From the IMG/VR virus record IMGVR_UViG_2534681697_000019: 6,563 nt of DNA; one strand, written 5' to 3'. The translations under genes were made by a program, and so were the position numbers. Below the pieces are notes generated by a model. The model saw only the letters and a program-made list of their open reading frames with translations. It did no database searches and had not been told where the DNA came from. Shown here piece by piece: positions 6,552 to 6,563 of this stretch; within the stretch, counting starts at the first letter, position 1, and every line of letters begins with the position of its first letter. This stretch comes from a virus. Its lineage: Duplodnaviria; Heunggongvirae; Uroviricota; Caudoviricetes.

Positions 6552-6563
6552 CTGCTTAATTTG

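Overview
This window is a mosaic of mobile-element remnants next to a host gene; I see no CRISPR array, tRNA/rRNA gene, or recognisable novel defence or biosynthetic system. All calls rest on reading the six-frame translations and the sequence by eye, with protein-family identities recalled from memory; no database search was run. Left to right: (i) 1-1108, a lambdoid-type phage segment on the + strand: the 3' end of a possible KilA-N/antirepressor-like gene, a small hypothetical ORF, and a Terminase_2-type terminase small subunit whose stop codon is supplied by the adjacent IS. (ii) 1109-2372, a complete 1264-bp IS3-family element that looks like IS600, with orfA, orfB in the -1 frame, an A7 slippery site and a downstream stem-loop. 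(iii) 2373-~6194, the left-end early region of a Mu-like transposable prophage on the - strand: c-like repressor (+ strand), divergent promoter/operator region, Ner-like protein, a Mu A-like DDE transposase broken by one in-frame TAG, and a Mu B-like ATPase cut off by the IS. Three copies of TTATCTTGAAT sit just inside the inferred prophage terminus. (iv) ~6198-6461, the 3' part of host mobB, apparently disrupted by the prophage insertion, followed by a GC-rich hairpin terminator that resembles sequence found just downstream of a 5S rRNA gene. The flanks of the IS do not match as a target-site duplication and the genes on either side belong to different phage types, so the IS probably marks a rearrangement joint. 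The most notable single observation is the amber-interrupted but otherwise intact-looking transposase beside an intact repressor/Ner module.
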